NCBI GenBank assembly: GCA_000998805.1
Contig: LCFC01000002.1
Span: forward strand, 5,784-69,783
Direction: 5' to 3'
DNA from: Parcubacteria group bacterium GW2011_GWA2_43_11
GTDB lineage: Bacteria; Patescibacteriota; Minisyncoccia; Phycocordibacterales; UBA12088
DNA length: 64,000 nt
Shown piece by piece: positions 1 to 9,507 of this stretch (position 1 is its first letter; every line of letters begins with the position of its first letter). The notes beneath the pieces are model-generated. The model was not told where the DNA came from, searched no databases, and saw only the letters and a list, made by a program, of their open reading frames with translations. Made by a program: the position numbers and the translations under genes.

Positions 1-310
1 CTGCACGCGAAACTGGACCTCTATACAGGACGACCGCTAGAGTTTCTGAGCCTGCTTTCCCCAGATCTCGAACAAGTTCTTCCTTCCGTACATTATTAAC
101 TGCTTCACTCGCCTCTGGAGCAGTTACTAGTTCCAGCTGATCCTGTACTCGTAAAAGTCGGATACCGCGGGAAGAAAGTGTTGTGCCAAGTTTGACAGCC
201 GCTTCTTCAATCTCTTCAGGAGTCACACCTAGTAGCTTAGCAAGCTTGGTTTTTGTTTCTGACTCTCCTTTATAAAAGAGTACTGCTTCAAGTTTTTGTT
301 CAAGTGCCAT
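1..310 (-). CDS. scpB: Segregation and condensation protein B (ScpB), N-terminal part only; the C-terminus lies beyond the window edge
   Basis: Not in the ORF track because it runs off the edge. Manual translation from the ATG at 310 (minus) gives MALEQKLEAVLFYKGESETKTKLAKLLGVTPEEIEEAAVKLGTTLSSRGIRLLRVQDQLELVTAPE..., a typical ScpB winged-helix N-terminus. It lies directly downstream of scpA. Confidence 0.8.
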   Translation of the reverse strand, partial: MALEQKLEAVLFYKGESETKTKLAKLLGVTPEEIEEAAVKLGTTLSSRGIRLLRVQDQLELVTAPEASEAVNNVRKEELVRDLGKAGSETLAVVLYRGPVSRA

Positions 311-355
311 GGTTGTTTATTGTACAATACAATGAATTAAAAAAAATACTAACAA

Positions 356-1087
356 TCACCCATATCGTGGTACCTGCACCTTGTCGGTATGCATATGAAT
401 ATCTGAAAAAGATTCATGTTGTTCTACACGGATTATTCCTTGATGTACCAATTCTAGCATAGCCAGAAATGAAACAATGACATTAAGCTTGCCCTCAGAT
501 GCTCCTCCAGAAAATTGTCTGAAAGATACTTTCATACCATCGTTTATACGCTTACTCAATCTATCCATCATTTCTTCAAGAGAAACTACTTTCTGTACAA
601 CGGTTTTTGTAAGTGCTGGTTTAAATTTAGGTAAATTTGCAAGAACACCTCCCATTGCCAAAGTAATATTTTCTAAGGTCATGGTTGCATCGGGTGAAAA
701 TTCAACCCTTCTTCTTCGCACGGCATGTCTAGAATACATTGTATGTGTACCATAGAGCTCTACCAGTCCTCTCGATATTTTTTTATACGTGTCAAAGATT
801 TTTAACCTTATTTCCAAGTCTGCAATAGAATCCTGTTCTTCAGGTGTGAATGAAAGTACAGGCAAGAGAGATTTTGATTTGATAAGGAGTAACGTGGCAC
901 CCACCAGAACAAACTGCGCTACTTCAGCCAAGGGTACCTCTGCGAGACGTTCCAAATGTTTTAAGTAATCGTCAGTGACTTCCGCAAGAGAGATATCATT
1001 TATCAAAAGCTTCCGCTTTTCAATAAGCGCGAGCAACATATCCAACGGCCCATCAAAGACTTTTGTTCGTATCTGATACTCTTCCAC
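356..1087 (-). CDS. scpA: Segregation and condensation protein A (ScpA, kleisin)
   Basis: 243-aa ORF. The N-terminal FDGPLDMLLALIEKRKLLINDISLAEVTDDYL is the canonical ScpA motif. The gene is followed by scpB. Confidence 0.9.
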   Translation of the reverse strand: MEEYQIRTKVFDGPLDMLLALIEKRKLLINDISLAEVTDDYLKHLERLAEVPLAEVAQFVLVGATLLLIKSKSLLPVLSFTPEEQDSIADLEIRLKIFDTYKKISRGLVELYGTHTMYSRHAVRRRRVEFSPDATMTLENITLAMGGVLANLPKFKPALTKTVVQKVVSLEEMMDRLSKRINDGMKVSFRQFSGGASEGKLNVIVSFLAMLELVHQGIIRVEQHESFSDIHMHTDKVQVPRYG

Positions 1088-1161
1088 AGGCGTAGTATAT
1101 CATGCATAAACACAAAGGCGTGTAATGTCTATATATGATTTCTGTTGAGAAATTCTAGTTA

Positions 1162-2499
1162 TTATTCCGACAAGAGTGTATCGATACGATTAATCTCACG
1201 AGGGAAAAGTGTTGCTTCTTTCACGTTTTCAAGACCAAGTATCTTCTGTGTAAGTCGTTCTAGTCCCATACCCCATCCGCCATGTGGCGGCATACCACTC
1301 TTGAAAATCTGGAGATAGAAAGAGAAATTTTCTGGAACAAGATTCTTTGCTTTCATTTTTTCTACCAGTTCATCATACTTATGTATACGTTGACCTCCGG
1401 TAGTGATTTCAACTCCTCGGAAGAGAAGGTCGAAGCTCTTGGTATACCCTTTGTCATTTTCATCTTCGTAGGTATAGAATGGTCGCTTGGTAACAGGATA
1501 GTGCGTGATAAAAATGTAGTCACTCTTAAAATGCTCTTGTGCATACTTCGACAACCATCGTTCATGTTCAGGTGCCAAGTCTGGCTCGTTAACGCAGTCT
1601 TCACCTGTTTCCTTTGCGATGAGTGCTAGGGCTTCTCTCAGTTTCATTGAAGGAAAAGAACCTACTGGCAACATTGGGAGCTCAGCTTTAAATATTGCGA
1701 GTTCTGTCTTGCAATTTTTCTCAAGTGCGGTGTAGAGGTGTTGCATAAATTCTTCCTCAAGACGCATGATGTCGGTATGATCTTTGATGAAGCCCATCTC
1801 GACGTCGAGTGAGGTATACTCGTTTATGTGACGACTGGTAGAGTGTAGTTCTGCGCGGAACACGTTCCCGATAGAGAATACTCGCTCAAACACTCCCACC
1901 ATTATCTGTTTATAGAGCTGTGGACTTGTAGCAAGATATGCCCAACGATCTTTAAAGTATTCGACACGAAAAATATTTCCACCACCTTCTGCATCATCTC
2001 CAACTATTTTTGGTGCCTCAAACTCAGTAAAATCTTTGCTGACCAAAAATGAACGGTAGGCTTGTAGTATCTCATGTTGTACCTTAAAAATGGCTCTATT
2101 CCTAGTGTTTCTAAGGGTAAACGGTCGGTTGTCGAGGCTGGTATCAAGGTTGATATCAGCATCTTTCTCGAATGGCAGTTCCCCACCGAGTGAGAGGATT
2201 TCTATATTAAGGAGTTCAAGTTCTATGTCACCGTTTGGTTGTTCTTTGTTTACCATTTTTTCCGGTCGTTTGTTGACCTTCGCTTTCACTGAAACAGAGC
2301 TTTCGGGTTTCAACATTTGTGCGACAATAAGTGCTTCAGTATGATTTGGCAACACAACAGCTTGCACAAAACCCGATCTATCTCGTATGTCTAAAAAAAT
2401 AAGTTTTCCATGATCACGACGGACATCAATCAATCCTTTGACGGTAATTTCTTGGTCCACACTTCCGTGAAGGTCGTCTATTAATGTTCGTTCATTCAT
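1162..2499 (-). CDS. aspS: Aspartyl-tRNA synthetase, archaeal/type-2 (class IIb)
   Basis: 445 aa with SPQLYKQ, FRAELHSTSRHINEYTSLDVEM (motif 2) and GGWGMGLERL (motif 3). The choice of Asp over Asn rests on the SPQLYKQ-type signature only. Confidence 0.85.
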   Translation of the reverse strand: MNERTLIDDLHGSVDQEITVKGLIDVRRDHGKLIFLDIRDRSGFVQAVVLPNHTEALIVAQMLKPESSVSVKAKVNKRPEKMVNKEQPNGDIELELLNIEILSLGGELPFEKDADINLDTSLDNRPFTLRNTRNRAIFKVQHEILQAYRSFLVSKDFTEFEAPKIVGDDAEGGGNIFRVEYFKDRWAYLATSPQLYKQIMVGVFERVFSIGNVFRAELHSTSRHINEYTSLDVEMGFIKDHTDIMRLEEEFMQHLYTALEKNCKTELAIFKAELPMLPVGSFPSMKLREALALIAKETGEDCVNEPDLAPEHERWLSKYAQEHFKSDYIFITHYPVTKRPFYTYEDENDKGYTKSFDLLFRGVEITTGGQRIHKYDELVEKMKAKNLVPENFSFYLQIFKSGMPPHGGWGMGLERLTQKILGLENVKEATLFPREINRIDTLLSE

Positions 2500-2522
2500 A
2501 GGTAAATATTTATCTTTTAAAA

Positions 2523-3506
2523 TTACACCAGTACTCCAATTTTTTTCTTTACGTCTTGCATTTTTGCAGATGCTACAGCATGTGCCTTCTCACGTCCTTG
2601 TTCCAGCACTTTTTCTATCAAACCCTTCTCTTTTGATAGTTCGGAGCGAAGTTCACGCATAGGTGTGACGAACTTCAAGATATTGTCTGCAAGTATCTCC
2701 TTACTCTCCTTGTAACCAATACCTCCCTCTCTGTAGCGTTTCTCAAGGTCAGCAAGCATGTCTTTGCTAAAGTGCTTATGAAGTGCAAAGATATTGCACT
2801 TCTCGGGATCTTTGGACTCTTCAACACCAAGGCTGTCTGTGACAATAGACATAGTGGCTTTTCTAATGACGTCACTGTCAGCAAAAAGCGGAATAGTGTT
2901 GTTGTAACTCTTGCTCATTTTTTGTCCGTCGACACCAGGAATTATCGCAATTTCTTTAGGGATGTAGGGTTCGGGAAGTTTGAACGTAGCACCAAAGAGA
3001 GAGTTAAATTTTTCTGCAGTATCGCGTGCATATTCCACATGCTGCTTTTGGTCGGCACCAACAGGAACGATGTCGGGTTCATAGAGCAATATATCCGCAG
3101 CCATAAGCATTGGGTAATCAAACGTTCCAACGTTTATTTCTTTATTCTTTGCTTGTGCGTCTTTGTAGGCATGAGCACGCATAAGGTACGGCATTGTTGT
3201 AAATGTGTTGAATATCCAGCAAAGCTCAGTGTGTTCAGCAAGGTCTGACTGCTTGAACAAAACTACTTCCTTCGGGTCAAGACCTATGGCTAAATAGTCG
3301 AGTATCAAATCAATAGTGTTTTGCCTCATCTGATTTGCGTCGTGTATACTGTTTAATGCATGATAATCAGCAATAAAAACAAAACTCTCATGTGACTTTG
3401 CAAGGTCAACAAACTGACGCATTGCACCAAGATAATTGCCTAAGTGAGGCCTTCCTGTTGGCTTTACACCAGATAATAGTCTTTTTTTTGTTTCCATACA
3501 GAACAC
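2523..3506 (-). CDS. trpS: Tryptophanyl-tRNA synthetase
   Basis: 327 aa with GVKPTGRPHLGNYLGA (HIGH-type), YPMLMAADILLY, GADQKQH and KMSKS. The ATG at 3497 (METKK) is an alternative start. Confidence 0.93.
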   Translation of the reverse strand: MFCMETKKRLLSGVKPTGRPHLGNYLGAMRQFVDLAKSHESFVFIADYHALNSIHDANQMRQNTIDLILDYLAIGLDPKEVVLFKQSDLAEHTELCWIFNTFTTMPYLMRAHAYKDAQAKNKEINVGTFDYPMLMAADILLYEPDIVPVGADQKQHVEYARDTAEKFNSLFGATFKLPEPYIPKEIAIIPGVDGQKMSKSYNNTIPLFADSDVIRKATMSIVTDSLGVEESKDPEKCNIFALHKHFSKDMLADLEKRYREGGIGYKESKEILADNILKFVTPMRELRSELSKEKGLIEKVLEQGREKAHAVASAKMQDVKKKIGVLV

Positions 3507-3530
3507 TATAGCAAAGCTCAGAGTCCTTTG

Positions 3531-5171
3531 CTAATTATGCTTCTCCTCTTTGGACGGAACAGATTTTTCTTCGCAGACAGGGAGCTCAACAGTAAATGTA
3601 CTACCCTTCCCCACCCCTTCCGACTCAACGTTTATCCAGCCCTCATGCGCCTTCATGATTTCTCTGGCAATGTAGAGCCCCAGACCTGTACCTAGCACAT
3701 TTGCATCATTTGCATTTGATGCACGGTTAAACTTTTGGAACAAGTTTTGAATTTCTTCTGATGCTATTCCTATTCCCGTATCTTTAATTTTAACCAGCAT
3801 TTTATGTTCCGGATCCAAAGTTGTAACTGAAATCATTATTGACCCTGTCTGCGTATACTTAATTGAATTATCAATGAGGTTTGAAAAAATTTGTTTCATT
3901 TTTCCTTCGTCAACTTTCACAAGATAATTTTTTTTATTATCACACGTCATGTGTAGCGAAAGACCTTTTTCTTCCGCTACGACACGAAGTTCCTCGATAA
4001 CTGTTTCAAGTATTTTGCAAATATTTTGCGGAACCATGTTGTATATCATACGACCTTGCTCAATTCGTGTAATATTGAGGAAGTCGTCCACCATGATACC
4101 GATTCGTTGGCCTGATTCAAGAATTCGGTGTATTGGTTCGAATAGAGTCGCAGGCACTTCACCATACGTGCCGTCGCTCACGAGAGAAGCATATCCTTTT
4201 ATTGCAGCTATCGGGCTCCGCAACTGATGTGAGGCTATAGAAACAAAATCGGTTTTTTGTTTGTCGAGTTCACGTAATCGAGCATTTGCATTTGCCAAAT
4301 AGCGCGCAAGTTTTTCTCCTTTTTGCCTGCTCTGAATTTCCTCTCGAACATTTTTTGTGACCAGAAAACCAAGAAAAACAATTACAATAAAAACAAGACC
4401 ATTAACTACTTGCAAAACAGGTGTATCAGCAATAAAAACCTGTATAAAAGACGCAACAACAACAAGTCCTATAAAAACATTCATTGCTACCACTTTTAGC
4501 TCGAACAAGTTGTGTCGAAACATCGCGTACATAAGAATTGTTGTAGCAAAGAAACTTAAAGAATAGGTAACTAAAGAACTATTTACATTATAGGCAGGAA
4601 GAAATCCACTTATTGCAACTAATTCATTTGCAAAGAGAACAAAAAATATGAGTATATGTTGTATTCGTTTTGGATGAGAAGTCTCGTTTCGAAAGAGAGT
4701 AAGGATGTCAAATAATACAATGGTGGAAAAAAAACCAAAATATACTAAATAAACATGATGCAATATCCTAGCCTGAGAATGACAACCATTCGAAAAATGA
4801 TTCAATCCATCAATAAAATATGGTGACCAAACAAAAAACCAAAAAATCACCATCAGAGTGTATGCCAATATCACTAATGATTTTCTCTTCTTATTTTCTG
4901 AATAAATACTAGAAAAATGAAAAATGACTGCAGGCACTGCAATAGCAAAAAAGTAGATAACCCTATCAACCATCACTGCAAATTCTGCATTCTCACAGTT
5001 ATTAATCATGAAAGTAGTTAAAAATAACCACATAGTGAGCGCAAATGTAAACAACGCAAAAAATCTTGCTTGGGGTAACTTCCAACCTCTAAATAAAATT
5101 ACTACTCCAGCGAAGGATGTGAACACTCCTGTGACAAATGGGAACAAATAAGGATAGGTATCAAAAAACAT
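3531..5171 (-). CDS. Membrane sensor histidine kinase (multi-TM N-terminus, HisKA + HATPase_c)
   Basis: 546 aa. The hydrophobic N-terminal half is followed by the H-box FVSIASHQLRSPIAAIKGY, the N-box NLIDNSIKYT, and the G-boxes DTGIGI and GTGLGL. No response regulator is adjacent in the window. Confidence 0.85.
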   Translation of the reverse strand: MFFDTYPYLFPFVTGVFTSFAGVVILFRGWKLPQARFFALFTFALTMWLFLTTFMINNCENAEFAVMVDRVIYFFAIAVPAVIFHFSSIYSENKKRKSLVILAYTLMVIFWFFVWSPYFIDGLNHFSNGCHSQARILHHVYLVYFGFFSTIVLFDILTLFRNETSHPKRIQHILIFFVLFANELVAISGFLPAYNVNSSLVTYSLSFFATTILMYAMFRHNLFELKVVAMNVFIGLVVVASFIQVFIADTPVLQVVNGLVFIVIVFLGFLVTKNVREEIQSRQKGEKLARYLANANARLRELDKQKTDFVSIASHQLRSPIAAIKGYASLVSDGTYGEVPATLFEPIHRILESGQRIGIMVDDFLNITRIEQGRMIYNMVPQNICKILETVIEELRVVAEEKGLSLHMTCDNKKNYLVKVDEGKMKQIFSNLIDNSIKYTQTGSIMISVTTLDPEHKMLVKIKDTGIGIASEEIQNLFQKFNRASNANDANVLGTGLGLYIAREIMKAHEGWINVESEGVGKGSTFTVELPVCEEKSVPSKEEKHN

Positions 5172-5192
5172 ACTCTCTACTTTTTACTTTTT

Positions 5193-6245
5193 TCAGGTAT
5201 GACGTATAGGTGAAAAGTTATAACGATTTGCCAGGGTTTCTGCGTATTTTACTTGCTCCAAGGTTACGTTTCCAACACAAAAATCATCTGGGTAACGTGC
5301 GAGTGAAAGTAATATTGTTTCAGCTAAACAGGAAAAGCTCGTGTTTGTTGGTATTCCGAAATTATATCCAACATGTATATGGTCTGGCAACTTAATAAGA
5401 CCTCCATCAATAAATGTAACATCAGGCCTCTTTATGAGTAAATCTTCAGGAGTATTCTTGGGCTGTGTAATATCATACACAATTGCATTTTTCTTTAATA
5501 AATCTGCCTGAACAACAGTCCCACTTGCACTTGTGGCGATGAGAACTATATCGACTTTAGGTAAAGCCTCTTCCATACTCGTCTCAATTACTCTATGTGA
5601 ATGTGGATGTGGAGTAATTCTTTGTAACAATTTTTGAATATGAGATGGAGTCCGGCCCACAATATACAACGTGCCAAAAGACCCATCTTTGGTTAACAAC
5701 TCCGTAACTGCAGAACCAATTGAGCCTGTGGCACCTATAATTGCTATGTTTGATTCTGAAACAGCAGAATTACGTATTAAATCTTGAATACCTAAATACG
5801 TCATGCTGGTTGTGAGAGCATTTCCATTGGTCACATGTACCCCTTCTACTAAACCACGGACATCTTCACCACCTGAGGTAACAACCGAGGTAAACGATCC
5901 GAGTCCTACATACGTTGCACCTAATTTTTTCGCTTTTTTAATTGCTCGAAACACTTGTTTTTTTGCTTGATTTCTATCACGCAACATTTGTTCCGCAGTA
6001 ATCGGAAGACTAATTATGACCCCTTTTATTTTTTTTCCATTTTCATCAACAGCCCCTCGTACCGTTGCTAAAATTACTGGAGAAATATTTTTAAAGAAAA
6101 ACATGAACAAAACAACAGGAATAATTTTAAAAAAGGGGAATTTTTTATATATATCTTGGATATTTCTTGGATGGACAAGAAAAGCAAAATCATACTCATG
6201 TTTCGCTTTATCAGTTTTATTATGAATAGTATGTTTATTTGACAT
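5193..6245 (-). CDS. NAD(P)-binding oxidoreductase resembling acyl-ACP reductase / shikimate-DH-like enzymes
   Basis: 350 aa with a Rossmann motif IIGATGSIGSAV. The overall layout recalls the cyanobacterial acyl-ACP reductase family. It sits next to a PlsC-like acyltransferase. The function is tentative. Confidence 0.55.
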   Translation of the reverse strand: MSNKHTIHNKTDKAKHEYDFAFLVHPRNIQDIYKKFPFFKIIPVVLFMFFFKNISPVILATVRGAVDENGKKIKGVIISLPITAEQMLRDRNQAKKQVFRAIKKAKKLGATYVGLGSFTSVVTSGGEDVRGLVEGVHVTNGNALTTSMTYLGIQDLIRNSAVSESNIAIIGATGSIGSAVTELLTKDGSFGTLYIVGRTPSHIQKLLQRITPHPHSHRVIETSMEEALPKVDIVLIATSASGTVVQADLLKKNAIVYDITQPKNTPEDLLIKRPDVTFIDGGLIKLPDHIHVGYNFGIPTNTSFSCLAETILLSLARYPDDFCVGNVTLEQVKYAETLANRYNFSPIRHT

Positions 6246-6322
6246 ATGTACCTGTTGTAAAACAGTTTTATTATTTATATTTTACTCTACGAATAGAAAT
6301 GTATTAAACATCTTTTCACCTT

Positions 6323-7042
6323 CTATAGATTTCTAACATTCTTCATGATCTCTTGTGCATACATTTTTAATTCATATTCAGAAAGCTCTTCCATCTCACC
6401 ACGTAATTCCGTATGCGAAATAGGTTTACCAAATATAATAGTAATTTTTCTTTGAAATGAAAAAATTGATTTAAGATTTAAATTTGAAGTACCTGCTATT
6501 CTCACAGGTACAATAATTGCCTTTGTTCTTTTGGCTAGATAAATAAACCCAGGTCGCGCTTCACCTATTTGACCTTTCTGCATACCACCTTCTGGAAAAA
6601 TTAATACAGAGTGATTTTTTTCAAGAATACGTATATGATTTACAAACGCAGTCTCATAATCTCGCAAACCTTTGTATACAGGGTAAGCTCCCATAAGCTG
6701 AAAAAATAACCCACCATATATAAATGACCTAAAACCAAATTTACTCACAGGATAATGTTTAGCGGTCAAAGAAACAAAATATAGGGGAACAAATTTTGAA
6801 GGAAAAGAAAGTGAATATTGAAAAGCATAAGGGTCAATTTCACTTGAGTGATTTGCAGCAAACAATACTCTTCCATTTGGAATGTCTCGTAAATTTTCTT
6901 TTCCCTTCACTTCCATCCTTAGAAAAAAATGTACAAGAAATAACGCAGGAAACCAAAGTATTCCACGAATAATAAGGACTGGTATTTCAAAAATAAACAT
7001 TGGTTTTTTATATAATTCTTTTTCCTCTTTCATACGTATCAA
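6323..7042 (-). CDS. plsC: 1-acyl-sn-glycerol-3-phosphate acyltransferase family protein
   Basis: 239 aa with an N-terminal TM segment, the HX4D-type motif NHSSEIDP, and FPEGG. Confidence 0.8.
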   Translation of the reverse strand: MIRMKEEKELYKKPMFIFEIPVLIIRGILWFPALFLVHFFLRMEVKGKENLRDIPNGRVLFAANHSSEIDPYAFQYSLSFPSKFVPLYFVSLTAKHYPVSKFGFRSFIYGGLFFQLMGAYPVYKGLRDYETAFVNHIRILEKNHSVLIFPEGGMQKGQIGEARPGFIYLAKRTKAIIVPVRIAGTSNLNLKSIFSFQRKITIIFGKPISHTELRGEMEELSEYELKMYAQEIMKNVRNL

Positions 7043-7044
7043 AG

Positions 7045-7788
7045 TTAGAACTTTGGTAGTTTACTTGAAACACTTCCCACTTCTGCCAATTTTCTTTTTG
7101 CAGAATTCAAGTCATTACGTGCATAAAAATTACCATGATGAACAGGGTGTACTCTATTACTCATTTCTAAATGTTTTATTGGACACCAAGAAGATTCTAT
7201 CTGTTCTAAATTATATGCAATTGTTTCGGCAGAAACTTTATAAAATCTAATAAACGAAATAAATGGGGTTGAAAAATGACCAGCGTAGGAGTCATCGATT
7301 AAGCACTTATGAATGCGCATGTAAGATGCTCTATGTAAGCCCAGTAGTTTTATTAATACAGCTGTTGGAATGGAGGTCAGGAGCAAACCAATGAAAAAAA
7401 ACACAGTTTGTGGAATAAGGTACACGCCAATTAACACACTTTTTATCAATGAAACTTTTTTTAACTGTACAACTTGTTCAAGTTCTGCATTCATCAGTAC
7501 AGTAAGACCATTAGCATACTCACAAAATTGACAATTTAATCTATCAATCCAGTGTAGATCACGAATAGCAAACCTATCAAAGATGATATAGTTTTTTGTG
7601 TAGAGTGGTGGTAAACCTAGGAGTGGACGCAAGATACCTTTGTAAAAAAAAATCGTAATACTCATATGTACAAAAATAAAAAAAGGAATAGTGGTATACA
7701 TGAGCAAGGCTCCCAATAATGTCCTAACAATTCCAATTCTTTTTGAATGTATTCTAAAAATAGAAATTGTAACTATTTTTTCAGTCAT
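7045..7788 (-). CDS. Hypothetical multi-pass membrane protein
   Basis: 247-aa ORF with several hydrophobic helices and Cys pairs (CQFCEYANG, SSWCPIKH). It is tightly packed between neighbouring minus-strand genes. No family was recognised. Confidence 0.6.
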   Translation of the reverse strand: MTEKIVTISIFRIHSKRIGIVRTLLGALLMYTTIPFFIFVHMSITIFFYKGILRPLLGLPPLYTKNYIIFDRFAIRDLHWIDRLNCQFCEYANGLTVLMNAELEQVVQLKKVSLIKSVLIGVYLIPQTVFFFIGLLLTSIPTAVLIKLLGLHRASYMRIHKCLIDDSYAGHFSTPFISFIRFYKVSAETIAYNLEQIESSWCPIKHLEMSNRVHPVHHGNFYARNDLNSAKRKLAEVGSVSSKLPKF

Positions 7789-7856
7789 GTAAAAAGTTTT
7801 TGGCTACGAAAACAAGAATCTATCATTCTAGAGTTTTTTAACTATATTTTAAATAC

Positions 7857-8369
7857 CTAACGCCGCACAAACAAAGAAATACTTGCAAGAGGTGCAATGA
7901 GCCACAACCACAGGGCAGTCGATGACTCAAAAAGACTATTAAGTATAGTACTGAAATTATAGAAATTATCAATCTCAACAATATGATATAGGAGAGCAAT
8001 TCCTAAACCGGACGCAGTCACAGAAAGTGAAATTATTTCAACAAAACGCCAAAATGAATGGATCTGGTACGAAGTATCTATGTAATTCTTTATCGTAAAA
8101 ATACTCCCAACAAGGGCAAGTATAAAAAGCATCAAGGGCTCAAACTTCAGTGGTATGGTACCAGTCACGAAAGGTATACCTCCGTAAAATGGGAAAAAAT
8201 GAGTCACGAGCGCAGTCGGATACAAAGACAGAAGCACTACAAGAAGTGTTTTCTTACCATACGTGAGACCAAGTGCGACAAGTAAAATTATCACACCCAA
8301 CACACCAAAAATATCGGCAGATATATTGCTGAGCGAACTAACTACTGAGCCTGTCGTCTCACTGAACAT
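7857..8369 (-). CDS. Hypothetical membrane protein
   Basis: 170-aa ORF that is almost entirely hydrophobic helices, co-oriented with and downstream of dnaJ. Confidence 0.6.
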   Translation of the reverse strand: MFSETTGSVVSSLSNISADIFGVLGVIILLVALGLTYGKKTLLVVLLSLYPTALVTHFFPFYGGIPFVTGTIPLKFEPLMLFILALVGSIFTIKNYIDTSYQIHSFWRFVEIISLSVTASGLGIALLYHIVEIDNFYNFSTILNSLFESSTALWLWLIAPLASISLFVRR

Positions 8370-8374
8370 TGGTT

Positions 8375-9358
8375 TTAAATACCTTCGTCTCGCAACATTT
8401 CTGCAGCTTTTTTTGCAGAACGTGAAAGCTTATTTGGTACTTGGATTTCTATTTTAACGTACAGGTCCCCCCTCGTTTCAATTTTCTGTGAACTTCCGAG
8501 AAGAGTATCAGTGAGCTTGATAGAGAGTGGCATAACGATATCATACCCTTCCTTTTTGAAACGATGGTCTTGCTTGACATGGATTTTCACATAGAGGTCA
8601 CCAGGCACACCCCCCGATACAGCTTCTCCTCCGCCCGTCATACGTATCATCTCTCCATTGTTAATTCCTGAAGGAACTGCAATAGTCATCTCTTCTTCTC
8701 GGCGCATCACTCCCGCACCTTTACAGGTAGGACACTTTTCTTTTGGAATAAAACCTTTTCCAAAACACACTTCGCATTCACGTGTCGAAGAGAAAGCACC
8801 AAACATGGTTTGCTTTGTCTCATGGACCTTTCCTGCACCATTACATCTTTCACAGGTAACTGTATCAGTCCCTACCTTGGCTCCAGACCCTTTACACACT
8901 TCACAGGTACCAGTCTTCATGAGAAGTACGCGACGTTCCACACCAAAGACAGACTCTTTAAACGTCAGTTCAATATCAATTGAGATATCCCTTCCCCTTT
9001 TCCGCTCCGCACTACGCCCCCCACCACCGAAAATGTCTCCGAAAATATCTCCAAAGTCAAACTCAACATGCTGACCTCCTCCGCCAAAGCCTTGTGTAAA
9101 ACCGGAAAAGTCAAAGCCACCTGCACCTTGTCCACCTCCAGCACCGTTAAACGTCCTGCCGTAAGCATCGTACTCTGCGCGTTTTTTGTCGTCACCCAAG
9201 ACACTGTACGCCTCACCTATCTCTTTGAAACGTTTCTCATCGCCACCTTTTTTATCCGGATGGTACTTATGAGCAAGGCCTCGAAAAGCCTTTTTTATCT
9301 CTTCCTTGGAAGCACTTTTATCAACACCAAGAATGCTGTAGTAATCTTTATTGCTCAT
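8375..9358 (-). CDS. dnaJ: Chaperone DnaJ
   Basis: J-domain with HPD (KYHPDKK), a G/F-rich linker, and four CxxCxGxG zinc motifs (CEVCKGSG, CERCNGAG, CEVCFGKG, CPTCKGAG). At 327 aa it is shorter than typical DnaJ, with a compact C-terminal domain. Confidence 0.95.
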   Translation of the reverse strand: MSNKDYYSILGVDKSASKEEIKKAFRGLAHKYHPDKKGGDEKRFKEIGEAYSVLGDDKKRAEYDAYGRTFNGAGGGQGAGGFDFSGFTQGFGGGGQHVEFDFGDIFGDIFGGGGRSAERKRGRDISIDIELTFKESVFGVERRVLLMKTGTCEVCKGSGAKVGTDTVTCERCNGAGKVHETKQTMFGAFSSTRECEVCFGKGFIPKEKCPTCKGAGVMRREEEMTIAVPSGINNGEMIRMTGGGEAVSGGVPGDLYVKIHVKQDHRFKKEGYDIVMPLSIKLTDTLLGSSQKIETRGDLYVKIEIQVPNKLSRSAKKAAEMLRDEGI

Positions 9359-9383
9359 ATCTATGATTTTTATCTGTATGTTT

Positions 9384-9504
9384 AGGACTTACGCAAACGA
9401 GTGCAGTTCTAGGAAAACGAACAAAAAGGAGTGAGTCCCGCCACGGCGGGATGAACGACATTTTGTGAAGTTTGACAACGAAATGCGCCATTTGCGTATG
9501 TCCT
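9384..9504 (+). repeat. R-family element copy R1 (TIR - core hairpin A - TIR), 121 nt
   Basis: AGGACTTACGCAAACG...CATTTGCGTATGTCCT termini. The core is ACAAAAAGGAGTGAGTCCCGCCACGGCGGGATGAACGACATTTTGT. It fills the dnaK-dnaJ spacer and ends 3 nt from the dnaK stop codon. Confidence 0.9.
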
Positions 9505-9507
9505 ATA

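Noticed and set aside
9384-9504. R elements as ordinary rho-independent terminators
   Set aside because: No U/T tract follows the closing stem in either orientation. Several copies sit between genes that must be co-expressed (dnaK-dnaJ, ftsI-murF, uvrA-uvrC). Attenuation or processing roles remain possible, but simple termination is not supported.
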